The position numbers were made by a program, and so were the translations under genes. Below are positions 11,000-20,889 of a stretch of DNA of 64,000 bases, in pieces. Under the pieces are notes generated by a model. It did no database searches. It had not been told where the DNA came from and saw nothing but the letters and a program-made list of their open reading frames with translations. Source of the stretch: Theionarchaea archaeon (GTDB taxonomy: Archaea; Methanobacteriota_B; Thermococci; Methanofastidiosales; SZ-28-30); contig JACVGT010000003.1 of NCBI GenBank assembly GCA_018992685.1, positions 156,585 to 220,584 of the forward strand, read 5' to 3'. The first letter of the stretch is position 1. Each line of letters opens with the position of its first letter.

Positions 11000-11031
11000 G
11001 AGAATCAGTTATTGATTTGACTGTACTGGGA

Positions 11032-11406
11032 TTACTGGTCTGGTTTTTCAATTCGTATGGACTTGATGTTTAGTTCTCTTCCTTCAGTGATCTCTAGGTC
11101 TCTGCTTCCACATTCACATTCAATGACTGGGAAGATGTAATGATCGTCGGGTGTCCTGTCCCATCGGAATTCTCTCCCACATTTCTTACACGTGAGTTTT
11201 GAGGGCTTGGAAGTTATATTGATAAGAGCTCCTTCTGCCAGAGTGTTTTCGATAACGAGTTCCAGGCAGAACTGGAACTGTTCAGGATTCAGAAAGAGGA
11301 GTTCACCGATTTCTATGTTGATTTCATGGATCTTGGTGGCCTGTTCTTCCTGTGCTTTCTTCAGGATGATATCAACCACTGAGGTGGCCATGGATAGTTC
11401 ATGCAT
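11032..11406 (-). CDS. hypA: Hydrogenase nickel chaperone HypA
   Basis: MHELSMA start, CKKC and CECGS zinc site, GRELNIKSI. Confidence 0.95.
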   Translation of the reverse strand: MHELSMATSVVDIILKKAQEEQATKIHEINIEIGELLFLNPEQFQFCLELVIENTLAEGALINITSKPSKLTCKKCGREFRWDRTPDDHYIFPVIECECGSRDLEITEGRELNIKSIRIEKPDQ

Positions 11407-11928
11407 TGATGGTACTGTTTGAAGATGGTTAAAAGCGTTTCTGTCTGGAGGGGTGGTAAGAAGAATGTGTTACAGAGTCTACTTAACTTTCCCATCCATC
11501 AGATCATACTCAAAATCGGCACTCCTGAATTAGGCGCTTTTTCACAAAGAAAAGCTCGTTAAGAGCACCTCTTCACGTAGCAGCTAATTTTCTTGTTCTT
11601 CCTTTTGTCACTCAGCTGAGGAATTATGCTTTTGAGTGAAATTGTCACCTTCTTAGCGAGATTTTGTTACATTCCCTATTGATTCAAATTGATGCTTTGA
11701 GCTATCTCGGCCAAGGCCAGAGTCCTTTTTCTCTACTCATACTTCAAATGGGGCATTGAATGCCAGATCACATAAGACGAAAATTATGACCCAAAAGTTT
11801 ATAAATAATGATTCATCTAATCATGCAGGCAAACTTCGGGCCGAGGAGGGATCTAGATCATATTCAGAAAGAAGGTTAGAGAACAGAAGACAGTTCTCCA
11901 GAATGAGGATGAACCTTTTGGAAAGTTC

Positions 11929-14900
11929 ATGAAAGGCTATTTTTCTCTTCGAAACAGCAATATCTTCGTTTTTATGTTGTTGAGTGTAATACCAGCTGCT
12001 CTTTGTCAGTTATTGTACACTAAGCTCAATGTCATACATGTTAAGGGAATCATCTACACGTTTTTCTTCAGATTTAATTATGCATCTTTGGGAATTCCTG
12101 TTGAACAGGATTATCTAGTTCAAGCGTTTGTAGTCCTGTTTTTCCTGAATCTGGGATTAATTGCTATAAAGATAATTGGATGGGGTCTATCAGGTGAGGA
12201 GAAAGATGTTATTGTATCTGATTCTGAAAAGTATTTCTTTCTGGCAATGGTCGCACTGTATGTCCTTATTCTCGTTTTGGCGGGCCCTCCTTTCTTGACT
12301 TGGATCTTCATCCCACTCTTGGTACTCCTTTATATGTTGACTAGAACGTCCAGCAAAGTGGTAATCTTATTCACACTTCTGCTTCTTAATCTTATTCTTT
12401 TCGCCTTCTATTATAGGCATTTTGACTTCAACGTTGTGATTGGAGGCAGACAAGATGGAATTCTGACTTTCATGGCGAAGATAGGTTTTTCCTGGCTCTA
12501 TATTCTGCCCTACAATTTCTTCATATTCTTTCCTCTGGTAATCGCCACCTATTTCTTGGATTTTCGCTATCCTGAGAAGTATATTTCTTCGTTTTTTGAT
12601 GTTGTCTTTCACGAGAACATGGTCGCTGTTTTTGTGGGACTTCTTCTGAATGTGACTCTTTCAGTTATCCCCCTCTTTATTGTGATGATTCAACCAGACA
12701 CTTTCATTGATCCGTCAAGAGGGATAGTAGAAAGGATGATTTTCACCGTTCACAATACTTTTGCTCAGGAGGAAAGTAAGGGCTTAGGGATCTTTGAAAC
12801 AATTGCACTATTACATTTCTGGATAGGTTCATTCACTCTGTGGTTTACACCTTTCTTCGTGAGTTTTGCCCAGCTTGAGACCAAATTCGAAGCGAGTTTT
12901 GATAGAAATCTAAGGGAAACTATTCAGAAAATGAAGGATCACATCGTCATCATTGGATTTGGCAATTTAGGGAGGAAAGTCTGTTCTGACTTGATTGAAA
13001 GAGACGTAGTCTCACGTAAGAACGATACTTTCGAGATATTTACTCCTGATTTGGAAGTAAGAAAGATATGTAGATCACTTCTTGTTGTAGACTCAAAAGA
13101 CCAGCTCTTCGATCGTGTCCACACCGATCCAATACTTCAGAATGTTGGCGTTGCTAGAAGAAGGATAGGAGTTGCAGGGGAAAGAGAAGATATCTTGATT
13201 CCGGCGATTATTGGAGATATAAATAGCGAAACGACTAGAGAAAGTGCTCAATTGAAAAGGTCAAAACTCTTCATATCAGCTCCTTCTGACTATACTGCGA
13301 CATTCATTCTTTCTAAGTTCGCGAACCGCAACAACTTGAGTAGCATAATATCTGTTGAGGATAGCGCTCAAAAGGACTATTTTTCTCCAAAAGTGACTGC
13401 TCATGATACTTTTCTCATTTATCCGGCTTTTCAGGAAGGTGTTTCACTGGGTAGAATTGTCTCTCTTTGCTATTTCAGGATCTTGGAAGAGAAAAAAGAG
13501 TCTGAATCCGGAAGTCTCAACATTGTGATCTGTGGAGATGGGAAACAGATTCACTATATTATGGAGACATTCTGGATGGAAACCGAAAGAACAGGTCTGG
13601 CCAATCAATGGATTTCTAAGACCGCAGAGGATCCAAAATCACCTAAGAGAGAAATATATGATCTCCCAGTGACTATCCTGACAGAAAGTGTCGAACTTGA
13701 AAAGAGGAGCAGGAAGAAGAAAGATCAGGAGGACGAGGCACAGAGAAAGATTGTAGAAATCATTAGACGATCATCCCTTGTTGGAGGGAATGACGCCCAC
13801 ATAAGGGTAGATGTTATCCTTGATTTTCCTGATAGATTAAAGAGGATAGAGGAGATTATTGCTTCAAAAGAGCCGGAAATTATAGTGGTTACTTCAAATA
13901 AGATTCAAGATGTTTCCAGAATATTCCACGAATGGGTAGTAGCCATAGAGAGATATAACTCGTCAAAGGACAGAAGCTATAAGCCAGCCATAATTGTGGG
14001 AGTTCTTGGAAATGAATATGAGGAAGTTCAGGACATTCTACTATACTACGCAAAGATGGAGCCTGAATCAGGTCTAAAATTTCCTATTCAGTTCTTGGAC
14101 GCAGCCGTTAGAGTTTATGATGATTCTACTGAAAAGATCGGGGGTTTGGCACAATCTTTTGCCAGAAAAGGAAACCTCAAGCATGACGACAGAGTTGTCG
14201 GAAAGGTCATGGAACCTTTTGCTCTTTATTGTTGTGTGGAGGATCTTCCCGGGAGTTTGGGAGATGTCCTTGCAAATCTTTCAGGCGTTGAGTTTTCTGA
14301 TGCAATTCTCAATAAAGCAGAAAGTACTCTGTCCATGCATCTTTGTAGGTTTCAGGGTTGTTCTGGTGTTCACAATTATTCATTTTTTGCGAATGCTGAA
14401 TTGCATGATGCGGGTAAAAAGCAGAAAAAAGGAAAAATATTTTGTAGTTTATTTCAGAGCGAGAGTGGAGACCCGGAGAGAAGGAGAAAGACGAAAGAAT
14501 CCATAACAAAGTTGTTGAAGGTTGAGTGCGTGACTGGAGTGTTAGGCACTATGTCTGGATTACTTCGACTCCGGAAAATCTGTTATTGCTGTGATCGCAG
14601 AATAAATTGTTCTATCGCTTCTTACTTACGCAAGATTGAGAATCTGGTGAAGAACAGAGACTATTACATCAATTTAGAGAAGACCAGAAAACTACCTGAG
14701 GGAACTGTGAAGAAAGAACTTGAAAGGTTCTTTGTGAATCCAGATTTCCACTGTTCCGAGATAAACAAAGAGAAGTATCTGGAATTGCCAAGAGCCACGA
14801 TATTGGTCTGTTGTAGACATTCAAAAGTCACAGGCTCACTTTCAACTGCGATCAACAATCTGCTCCTAAAGAAAGTAGAAAGGACAATCCAAGATGGGAA

Positions 14901-15312
14901 TGATGTTGCAGACATTACCTACTTAAGATCCTATGAATGCTATAATCCTTCTCTGACTCACATAGAATTTTACGGAAACTGGATTAGTGTGAAGAACGAA
15001 GAAAGGGACACCATCCTCAAGAGCGATGGAGTTATCGATTCTGTCTTCCTCAATGTTGTCACAAGAAAGGAGGAGTGGTCTCACTATGCAAGAACACTTT
15101 GCCAATCATTGAACAAAATCTACAACAACGAGTCATACGAACTTTGGACAGATAGTGCAGATTCTCCAAATATATTTGCTGTAATCCGCAAAGCATTCAT
15201 AGAAGGAAGATGTTCCGATGATCAAAGCCCAGGGAAAGCACGTCTTAAGTGTAAAAAGCAGAAATGTATAGTCCATGACAAAATGAGACTGCTAGAGGAC
15301 AGATTGGAATGA
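11929..15312 (+). CDS. Large polytopic membrane protein with RCK/TrkA_N-like Rossmann domains and putative ACT-like C-terminal domains
   Basis: First ~310 aa contain many hydrophobic segments. DHIVIIGFGNLGRKV is RCK-like, with a second NIVICGDGK. EDLPGSLGDVLANL and KVTGSLSTAINNL resemble ACT starts. AT-rich. May start upstream at ATC/ATA 11857-11860. Confidence 0.6.
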   Translation: MKGYFSLRNSNIFVFMLLSVIPAALCQLLYTKLNVIHVKGIIYTFFFRFNYASLGIPVEQDYLVQAFVVLFFLNLGLIAIKIIGWGLSGEEKDVIVSDSEKYFFLAMVALYVLILVLAGPPFLTWIFIPLLVLLYMLTRTSSKVVILFTLLLLNLILFAFYYRHFDFNVVIGGRQDGILTFMAKIGFSWLYILPYNFFIFFPLVIATYFLDFRYPEKYISSFFDVVFHENMVAVFVGLLLNVTLSVIPLFIVMIQPDTFIDPSRGIVERMIFTVHNTFAQEESKGLGIFETIALLHFWIGSFTLWFTPFFVSFAQLETKFEASFDRNLRETIQKMKDHIVIIGFGNLGRKVCSDLIERDVVSRKNDTFEIFTPDLEVRKICRSLLVVDSKDQLFDRVHTDPILQNVGVARRRIGVAGEREDILIPAIIGDINSETTRESAQLKRSKLFISAPSDYTATFILSKFANRNNLSSIISVEDSAQKDYFSPKVTAHDTFLIYPAFQEGVSLGRIVSLCYFRILEEKKESESGSLNIVICGDGKQIHYIMETFWMETERTGLANQWISKTAEDPKSPKREIYDLPVTILTESVELEKRSRKKKDQEDEAQRKIVEIIRRSSLVGGNDAHIRVDVILDFPDRLKRIEEIIASKEPEIIVVTSNKIQDVSRIFHEWVVAIERYNSSKDRSYKPAIIVGVLGNEYEEVQDILLYYAKMEPESGLKFPIQFLDAAVRVYDDSTEKIGGLAQSFARKGNLKHDDRVVGKVMEPFALYCCVEDLPGSLGDVLANLSGVEFSDAILNKAESTLSMHLCRFQGCSGVHNYSFFANAELHDAGKKQKKGKIFCSLFQSESGDPERRRKTKESITKLLKVECVTGVLGTMSGLLRLRKICYCCDRRINCSIASYLRKIENLVKNRDYYINLEKTRKLPEGTVKKELERFFVNPDFHCSEINKEKYLELPRATILVCCRHSKVTGSLSTAINNLLLKKVERTIQDGNDVADITYLRSYECYNPSLTHIEFYGNWISVKNEERDTILKSDGVIDSVFLNVVTRKEEWSHYARTLCQSLNKIYNNESYELWTDSADSPNIFAVIRKAFIEGRCSDDQSPGKARLKCKKQKCIVHDKMRLLEDRLE

Positions 15313-15331
15313 ATGTCCCAAGAAGTCTTGG

Positions 15332-15646
15332 CTATAGACAGTTTTGCTCAATGAACTCCTGCAACTCTCTTTTTGACTTGACGGCAACCTCTCGAATAAA
15401 AGGTTCCCCATTCTTGAAGATTATGAAAGTGGGGAGTCCTGAAATATCATACTTCTGAGCAGTATATTTGTTCCTATCTACATTTAATTTGCAGATCTTT
15501 ACTTTTCCTTTGTATTCTTGTTCCAGTTCCTTCAACATATCCTCAATTGCCTTGCAGGGTAGACACCATGAAGCCCAGAAATCCACCAGTACAGGTGTAT
15601 CACATTCCAAGACCTCCTTCTCAAACATCCTGTCAGTAATCTCCAT
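15332..15646 (-). CDS. trxA: Thioredoxin
   Basis: VLVDFWASWCLPCK active site and ISGLPTFIIFKNG. Confidence 0.95.
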   Translation of the reverse strand: MEITDRMFEKEVLECDTPVLVDFWASWCLPCKAIEDMLKELEQEYKGKVKICKLNVDRNKYTAQKYDISGLPTFIIFKNGEPFIREVAVKSKRELQEFIEQNCL

Positions 15647-15654
15647 CTATCCAC

Positions 15655-17163
15655 CTACCTGTCCAGTACAGGTCTATACCCCGTATCTTCCCTCGTCCCA
15701 GGCTCATACACTTCAAGAATGTCAGATTCCTTCTTGAACCCATCCCACCTCGTTCTTGGCATCACCAGGTGTACCTTCTCCTCAATCCTTTTCTTAATCT
15801 CCGGGCGTATCAAGAGCTCCACCATCCTCGAAATCTCCTTTTCCAGTGGTACCTCCGGTTCAAACCCAAACGTGTGAGGAAGTTTCTTCGACACTACCTC
15901 CAATGGGTGTTTATCTGCCTCCACTCTCGGATTCTCCACCTTCTGTATCCTCACATCCAGCCCCGCTTTCCTCCCTGCCTCAGCCACCGTCTCTGCCAGT
16001 ACACTCAATTTACATAACCCTGAAACCTGGTTCACCACATCATACTGTCCTGGCTCAGGGGGCGATACAATCAGCCGCACCATGCACTCCATAGCATCCT
16101 CCAGAGCAATGAACCCTCGAATCTGTTCCCCTGTTCCATAGATCGTCAACGGCATCCCCACGACGACCTGGGCCACAAACCGATTCACCACAGTCCCGAA
16201 CCATTCATCCACATCCAATCTCGTGCGCAGCCTCGAATCCTCTGCTACTTCATCCGTGTGGACCCCATAGATCACTCCCTGCATCACATCATACGACCTC
16301 AGCCACCAGTACTTACAAGCTTCATACACATTAAACGTATCCTGCACTTTACTCACATGATAAAATGATAGTGGGTCCCGGGGTGTCAACTCACCCCCCA
16401 GGCTCCATTCCCTGTTGTCCCATTTCATGACTGCATCTGCAGGAAAAATCCCCTCAAATAATGGTCTGCCCGTCAGAGGGCTCCCGTACTCGCCCATGGT
16501 ACCCAGCTTTATTAAACACGTTTCCGGGACGACCTCTTTGATCAGAAACAACAGCCCAAGAGTCCCCAGAACATTGTTCTCCTGCACACGTACTGCATGG
16601 TTGCAGTCCACCATACTGTATGGTGCAGACGGTATTTCCGCATAGTGGACAATTGCTTCTGGCTTGACCTCTTCAATGAACTCTTTCATTTTTGCCCTAT
16701 CCAGAATGTCAGCCCTTCTAAAATTAATATTGACACCCAGGACTTCTCTGGCCACATGCAATCTCTCTGTCATTCGTTCAATTGGAACAATAGTATGTGC
16801 ACCCTTTTCCATGACACAATCCCTGCGCAGAAAATTGTCCACCCCGCTGACCTTGAACCCCAGTCTCCCCAGCTTTAGCGCCAGGGTCCATCCCAGATAC
16901 CCATCAATGCCCAGGATCATGACTCGCATATTCTTCAACATCAGCCCGTATTGGAAAGGAACCCATTCCGGGCACTCCTCAAAGGTAATGGAGGGTTCAA
17001 AATGGCCCAGTTCTGGTCTCCGGCCACACTCAATGACAATCATTCCTTCTTCAACACTTTTGATATTTTCCATGGACTGTCCACATGCCCTGAAATCTAC
17101 ATTTCCTTTGAAGATGGCTGCAGGACAGTTCCAGCAGGTTTTTTCAGCATTATGAGCTTTCAT
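15655..17163 (-). CDS. agl3: UDP-sulfoquinovose synthase (Agl3/SqdB family) with extra N-terminal Cys-rich domain
   Basis: GIDGYLGW, PSAPYSM, KLGTMGEYG, FYHVSK, QGVIYG and RLDVDEWFGTVVNRF are SqdB-family motifs. About 78-aa N-terminal extension with five Cys. Confidence 0.85.
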   Translation of the reverse strand: MKAHNAEKTCWNCPAAIFKGNVDFRACGQSMENIKSVEEGMIVIECGRRPELGHFEPSITFEECPEWVPFQYGLMLKNMRVMILGIDGYLGWTLALKLGRLGFKVSGVDNFLRRDCVMEKGAHTIVPIERMTERLHVAREVLGVNINFRRADILDRAKMKEFIEEVKPEAIVHYAEIPSAPYSMVDCNHAVRVQENNVLGTLGLLFLIKEVVPETCLIKLGTMGEYGSPLTGRPLFEGIFPADAVMKWDNREWSLGGELTPRDPLSFYHVSKVQDTFNVYEACKYWWLRSYDVMQGVIYGVHTDEVAEDSRLRTRLDVDEWFGTVVNRFVAQVVVGMPLTIYGTGEQIRGFIALEDAMECMVRLIVSPPEPGQYDVVNQVSGLCKLSVLAETVAEAGRKAGLDVRIQKVENPRVEADKHPLEVVSKKLPHTFGFEPEVPLEKEISRMVELLIRPEIKKRIEEKVHLVMPRTRWDGFKKESDILEVYEPGTREDTGYRPVLDR

Positions 17164-18427
17164 TGTACCACCCTAAACATTCAGTGAGTATGGGGACTAC
17201 GTTCTCTACGGTGGGACTCTCAACAGGAGTGCAGTCCCCCCGAACGAAAACAAAAGCATCCTCCTGAGTGTGTTTTCCAGGCAGGATATCTCTGTCAAGT
17301 GGCGCCCCGGATAGAATGCCCCCCTTTAGATTGACACCTCGGGCAGGCATGAGCACCAGATCAGGCCCTGCCTCCGTGTAGGGGCCATGATATATTTGGG
17401 GATTCTCATGGATGCAGGATATGGCTTTCTGCCCATTGATTTCCAGGGATTTTAATGTATAACACAATTCTGAAATCACTGCCTCTTCTTCTCCAGGTTC
17501 CACATACCCACGTGGGTACTTTCCCTTCTTGTTGATGTAAATCCTTCCGGGGTCCAAGGCAAAGGCCCTACTACCTTCCTGAATATTGTTGTACCCCTTT
17601 CTGGGGTCTTTTTCACTGCGCAGGAATCCTGCTTCTTCCAGGATACAGTTGACATTCAGGTTATACTGTGTCTGCTCCATCCCGTGATCGGACAAGATGA
17701 TAAGTGCATCATCAGGATTTAATTTCTCCCCGAATTCCCTGAGAGCTTCATCAATGCGAGAGAAAAACTGAAGAAACTGCCCGCGATATTTGTGTGATTC
17801 ATCCTCATAGGCATCCCATAAAAAGTGGCCAAGCCTATCGCTCCCTGTAAATACTACCATGAACACATCCCACTTGATCCTTTCCCACAGATAGTGTGAG
17901 AAGGCTACTCGTGATTCTAATGCCTCAAATAATTCTTTGAAGAGAATCATTGGGAATTTCCGCGCCTTCTTAGTATCTATGTCGACCGTATAGTTGAATT
18001 CATTCAAAACCTCCAGAAGATTGCTGGGATAAACGGCACGTTCCAGATCCGGGGAAATGAATCCAGAAACGAGGACCCCGTTGAGAGAAGACGCAGGGTA
18101 TGTGGAAGGGACGTTGATGATGCAAAATTCTCCCTGCTTCTGCCAGAAAGGGCTAGCCTTCAGCCTTTTAGAGTTGGGAAAAGAGAGGGTATATGTGGAG
18201 GGAAAGAGCTCTGTGAATCCGTACACACTGTGTTCTCCTGGGTTTTTGCCGGTAATGATGGAGCTCCACGAGACGGATGATACTTCAGGAATTGAAGATG
18301 TCATCTGAGTGAATGCGCCTGTTTCCCGAAGCTCGCCGAAGTAGGGCATGACACCTTGCTGTGATAGTTCGTCCATGAGTCTGAAAGGAACACCATCGAT
18401 TCCTATGATGACAGCTCTCTTGTTCAT
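17150..18427 (-). CDS. Alkaline-phosphatase-superfamily protein (type I phosphodiesterase/nucleotide pyrophosphatase-like)
   Basis: IIGIDGVP, SSIPEVSSVSWSSIITGKNPGEHSVYGF, DRLGH, ILSDHGM, GKH. Confidence 0.88.
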   Translation of the reverse strand: MNKRAVIIGIDGVPFRLMDELSQQGVMPYFGELRETGAFTQMTSSIPEVSSVSWSSIITGKNPGEHSVYGFTELFPSTYTLSFPNSKRLKASPFWQKQGEFCIINVPSTYPASSLNGVLVSGFISPDLERAVYPSNLLEVLNEFNYTVDIDTKKARKFPMILFKELFEALESRVAFSHYLWERIKWDVFMVVFTGSDRLGHFLWDAYEDESHKYRGQFLQFFSRIDEALREFGEKLNPDDALIILSDHGMEQTQYNLNVNCILEEAGFLRSEKDPRKGYNNIQEGSRAFALDPGRIYINKKGKYPRGYVEPGEEEAVISELCYTLKSLEINGQKAISCIHENPQIYHGPYTEAGPDLVLMPARGVNLKGGILSGAPLDRDILPGKHTQEDAFVFVRGDCTPVESPTVENVVPILTECLGWYNESS

Positions 18428-18824
18428 TCACTTTTCTTATGCGTACACCTTTAAAAGGTTTACTACAAAATGGAGTAACTCCTGAGTGAGGGAGTTATTG
18501 TCTTTCGTAGTATCAAGTGGAAGAGGGCCACAGGTTACGGAGGCCTCCACACTCAGGAGGAATGGGGTCACAGTCCGACGATGCGAGCCTCCCCGGGTTG
18601 ACACGCTCGATACTTTTGAACCCCCTTCATGATCCTTGTCTTCCCACTCTTTTTATCGTTGATGGGTTGTCTGGGATAACCATGATTGAGACATCTCAGA
18701 CGTGATCTCTTTCTTTTGTGACTGCTGCAGAGAACATACTCTTGGAGGTACGTAGTCGTATTTTTCCGCCGCTCTTGGGCAAGCCTTAATACAGGCACGG
18801 AATGGTAGCACCGGGGGAATTATC

Positions 18825-19505
18825 ATTCCAATTAAAGACCTACCCAAGTCAGAACGACCCCGTGAGCGGCTGGCTCAACTGGGAGGTGACAGCCTTTCTC
18901 TCCAGGAACTTCTGGCCGTTGTGCTGGGAACAGGTACCAGAAATGGACAGAATGCAGTAGAGGTAGCTTCGCAGCTTTTGAAGGTATTTGATGGTAACTT
19001 AGGCTCTCTTTTTTCTGCCTCTGTTGAAGAACTTTCTGTAGTAGAAGGGATAGGGTTTGCCAAAGCCTGCAAAATAAAGGCAGTGTTTGAATTGGGAAAA
19101 CGGATTATCTCCTATTGCAGGGAAGAACGCCCACACATTCAGTCCTCAATAGATGTTGTGAGTCTAGTGCTCCCCCACATGACATATCTAACGAGAGAAG
19201 AATTCAGGGTTATCCTCCTGGATTCCAAGAACAGGGTGATTGCTCATGAAATCGTGTCCGTGGGTTCACTGGACATGACGGTGGTCCATCCCAGAGAGGT
19301 CTTTCGTCCAGCAGTTTCTCATGCAGCAGCTTCCATCATTCTGGTACACAACCACCCTTCAGGTGATCCGACGCCTTCTCAACACGATATCCTGCTCACT
19401 CAGGATCTGTGCACCTGTGGGAAAATCCTGGACATAGAAGTCGTGGACCACATCATTGTTGGACGCCCCGACTATGTCAGTTTGAAGTACCGGGATCTCA
19501 TGTAG
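18825..19505 (+). CDS. radC: RadC family JAB-domain protein
   Basis: Conserved N-terminus IKDLPKSERPRERL lies upstream of the track's GTG 18921. HhH GIGFAKA, VHPREVF, HNHPSGDPTPS..D, DHIIVG. No in-frame ATG/GTG/TTG before the motif, so the start is placed at ATT 18825. Confidence 0.92.
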   Translation: MPIKDLPKSERPRERLAQLGGDSLSLQELLAVVLGTGTRNGQNAVEVASQLLKVFDGNLGSLFSASVEELSVVEGIGFAKACKIKAVFELGKRIISYCREERPHIQSSIDVVSLVLPHMTYLTREEFRVILLDSKNRVIAHEIVSVGSLDMTVVHPREVFRPAVSHAAASIILVHNHPSGDPTPSQHDILLTQDLCTCGKILDIEVVDHIIVGRPDYVSLKYRDLM

Positions 19506-19695
19506 GGTCAACTCAACCACGAATGGATAACTAGTTCAGCCCTTTGTACACGCTGTGGAGACATAGATGGTCAAGAGTTACTTCTTCCAGAAAGGGAGTG
19601 CTGTCCTTCCCGGACTGTTTATGCTGTCTTCAAGAGATATGACACTGCAACGCATCGGAATCCAAGGAAAGCTTTTTTAATGGGGAGATTAGGGT

Positions 19696-20373
19696 GTGAC
19701 GATGACCCACGATCTGGAAGAGATGTTCAAGCATTTACATACAGGAGAGAGTATACAGACTGAGTTCTATCCATATGCTGGAATACGACATTCAATTCGC
19801 AAGAGAAAGGGAAAAATCCTAATCAGAATCAGTGATACTTTCTCGGAGGCTCCACAGGATGTCCTACTGGCTCTGGGGAGGATTCTACTGGCAAAATTGA
19901 ATAAGAGTCACGTTTCGAAGAAGGATCGGACTGTGTACAATCAATATGTGGCAAGTGAGGAGCTGCAGGACAGGGCGACTGCCATCCTTTCAAACCGTAA
20001 AAGAGCAGTACGCATTATGAAAGGGAACCATAGAAGTCTGGCAGACAGCTTTCAGCGGGTTAATGCAGCATACTTTGGCGGATCTATGGAGAAGCCTACC
20101 TTAACCTGGGGGATAAAGAGAGCCCACCGCACTCTGGGGAGGTATGACCTGCAGAGAGACATCGTGTTTCTCTCCCCCGTTCTTGATTCATATGAGGTGC
20201 CTGAAGAATTCCTGGATTTCATTATGTATCATGAACTATTGCACAAGAAACACGGCCTTCGGGAAAAAGGAGGGAGGATCTGGGCTCATACGCGACAGTT
20301 CAGAAACGATGAAAAGAGATTTTATAACTATGAGCAAATGAAGAAGATAATGAGTCAGATAGCGAAAACGTAG
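19696..20373 (+). CDS. SprT-like / YgjP-M48-type zincin metalloprotease
   Basis: F.RVNAAYF, TLGRY, SPVLD...VP...IMYHELLH, HTRQFR..E. Confidence 0.8.
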   Translation: MTMTHDLEEMFKHLHTGESIQTEFYPYAGIRHSIRKRKGKILIRISDTFSEAPQDVLLALGRILLAKLNKSHVSKKDRTVYNQYVASEELQDRATAILSNRKRAVRIMKGNHRSLADSFQRVNAAYFGGSMEKPTLTWGIKRAHRTLGRYDLQRDIVFLSPVLDSYEVPEEFLDFIMYHELLHKKHGLREKGGRIWAHTRQFRNDEKRFYNYEQMKKIMSQIAKT

Positions 20374-20413
20374 CCCTGAGAGCTGGAAAACGGGGCTGAG
20401 GGTAGAGGAAGGA

Positions 20414-20721
20414 ACGACGCGCTCGATGATGGGGGCTTCCTCCTGTACTTACAGTACAGCCTTTCTCCCCCCCGCTACCCCTCAAGCATCCGACGTTCCT
20501 ACTACCGCTGCTTCCTTCCGGACCTGACGGGATTCACAAGATAAGGAAGATTGATCCACCTTCCTCCGAAAGGGACCTCTTCTTCCGCAGATCAAGAGGG
20601 ACGAGAGTTCATAGTCGGGACAGCACGCAGTTGCAGAATTCCGCCGTCGCTCATCGAGCTTCGGCCCCTGCTTAAAGACCATTCAGGTTACAGGAACGGC
20701 CTACCTTCCCGGCCTAGTCAT
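20414..20721 (-). ncRNA. ffs: Archaeal signal recognition particle (7S) RNA
   Basis: Minus strand begins AUGACUAGGCCGGG...CCUGUAACCUGAA (Alu domain with UGUAA motif). Helix 8 GUCAGGUCCGGAAGGAAGCAGC at 20507-20528. GCUCGAUGA pairs with UCAUCGAGC to close helix 5. About 308 nt, intergenic. Confidence 0.95.
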
Positions 20722-20740
20722 ATCTTCTATCCTCTTTGAC

Positions 20741-20747
20741 TTATAAA
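20741..20747 (-). promoter_or_regulatory. TATA box of the SRP RNA gene
   Basis: TTTATAA on the minus strand, 20-26 nt upstream of the predicted 5' end. Confidence 0.7.
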
Positions 20748-20889
20748 GGTTATCGAACCGGCAGTGATTTGCAGCTGACAGATGGCCATCATCTACGATT
20801 CCTGTTTCTTGAGGCTGAAAGTGGACTTTAGCCATTTGGCTGCAGAATTGCTTCAAGTATGCTTATAAACCAGGAGGAAACTGTATGTC

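Noticed and set aside
11470-11760. Possible degraded HTH gene on the minus strand (TLALAEIAQSINLN)
   Set aside because: Multiple stops and too short a similarity to call.
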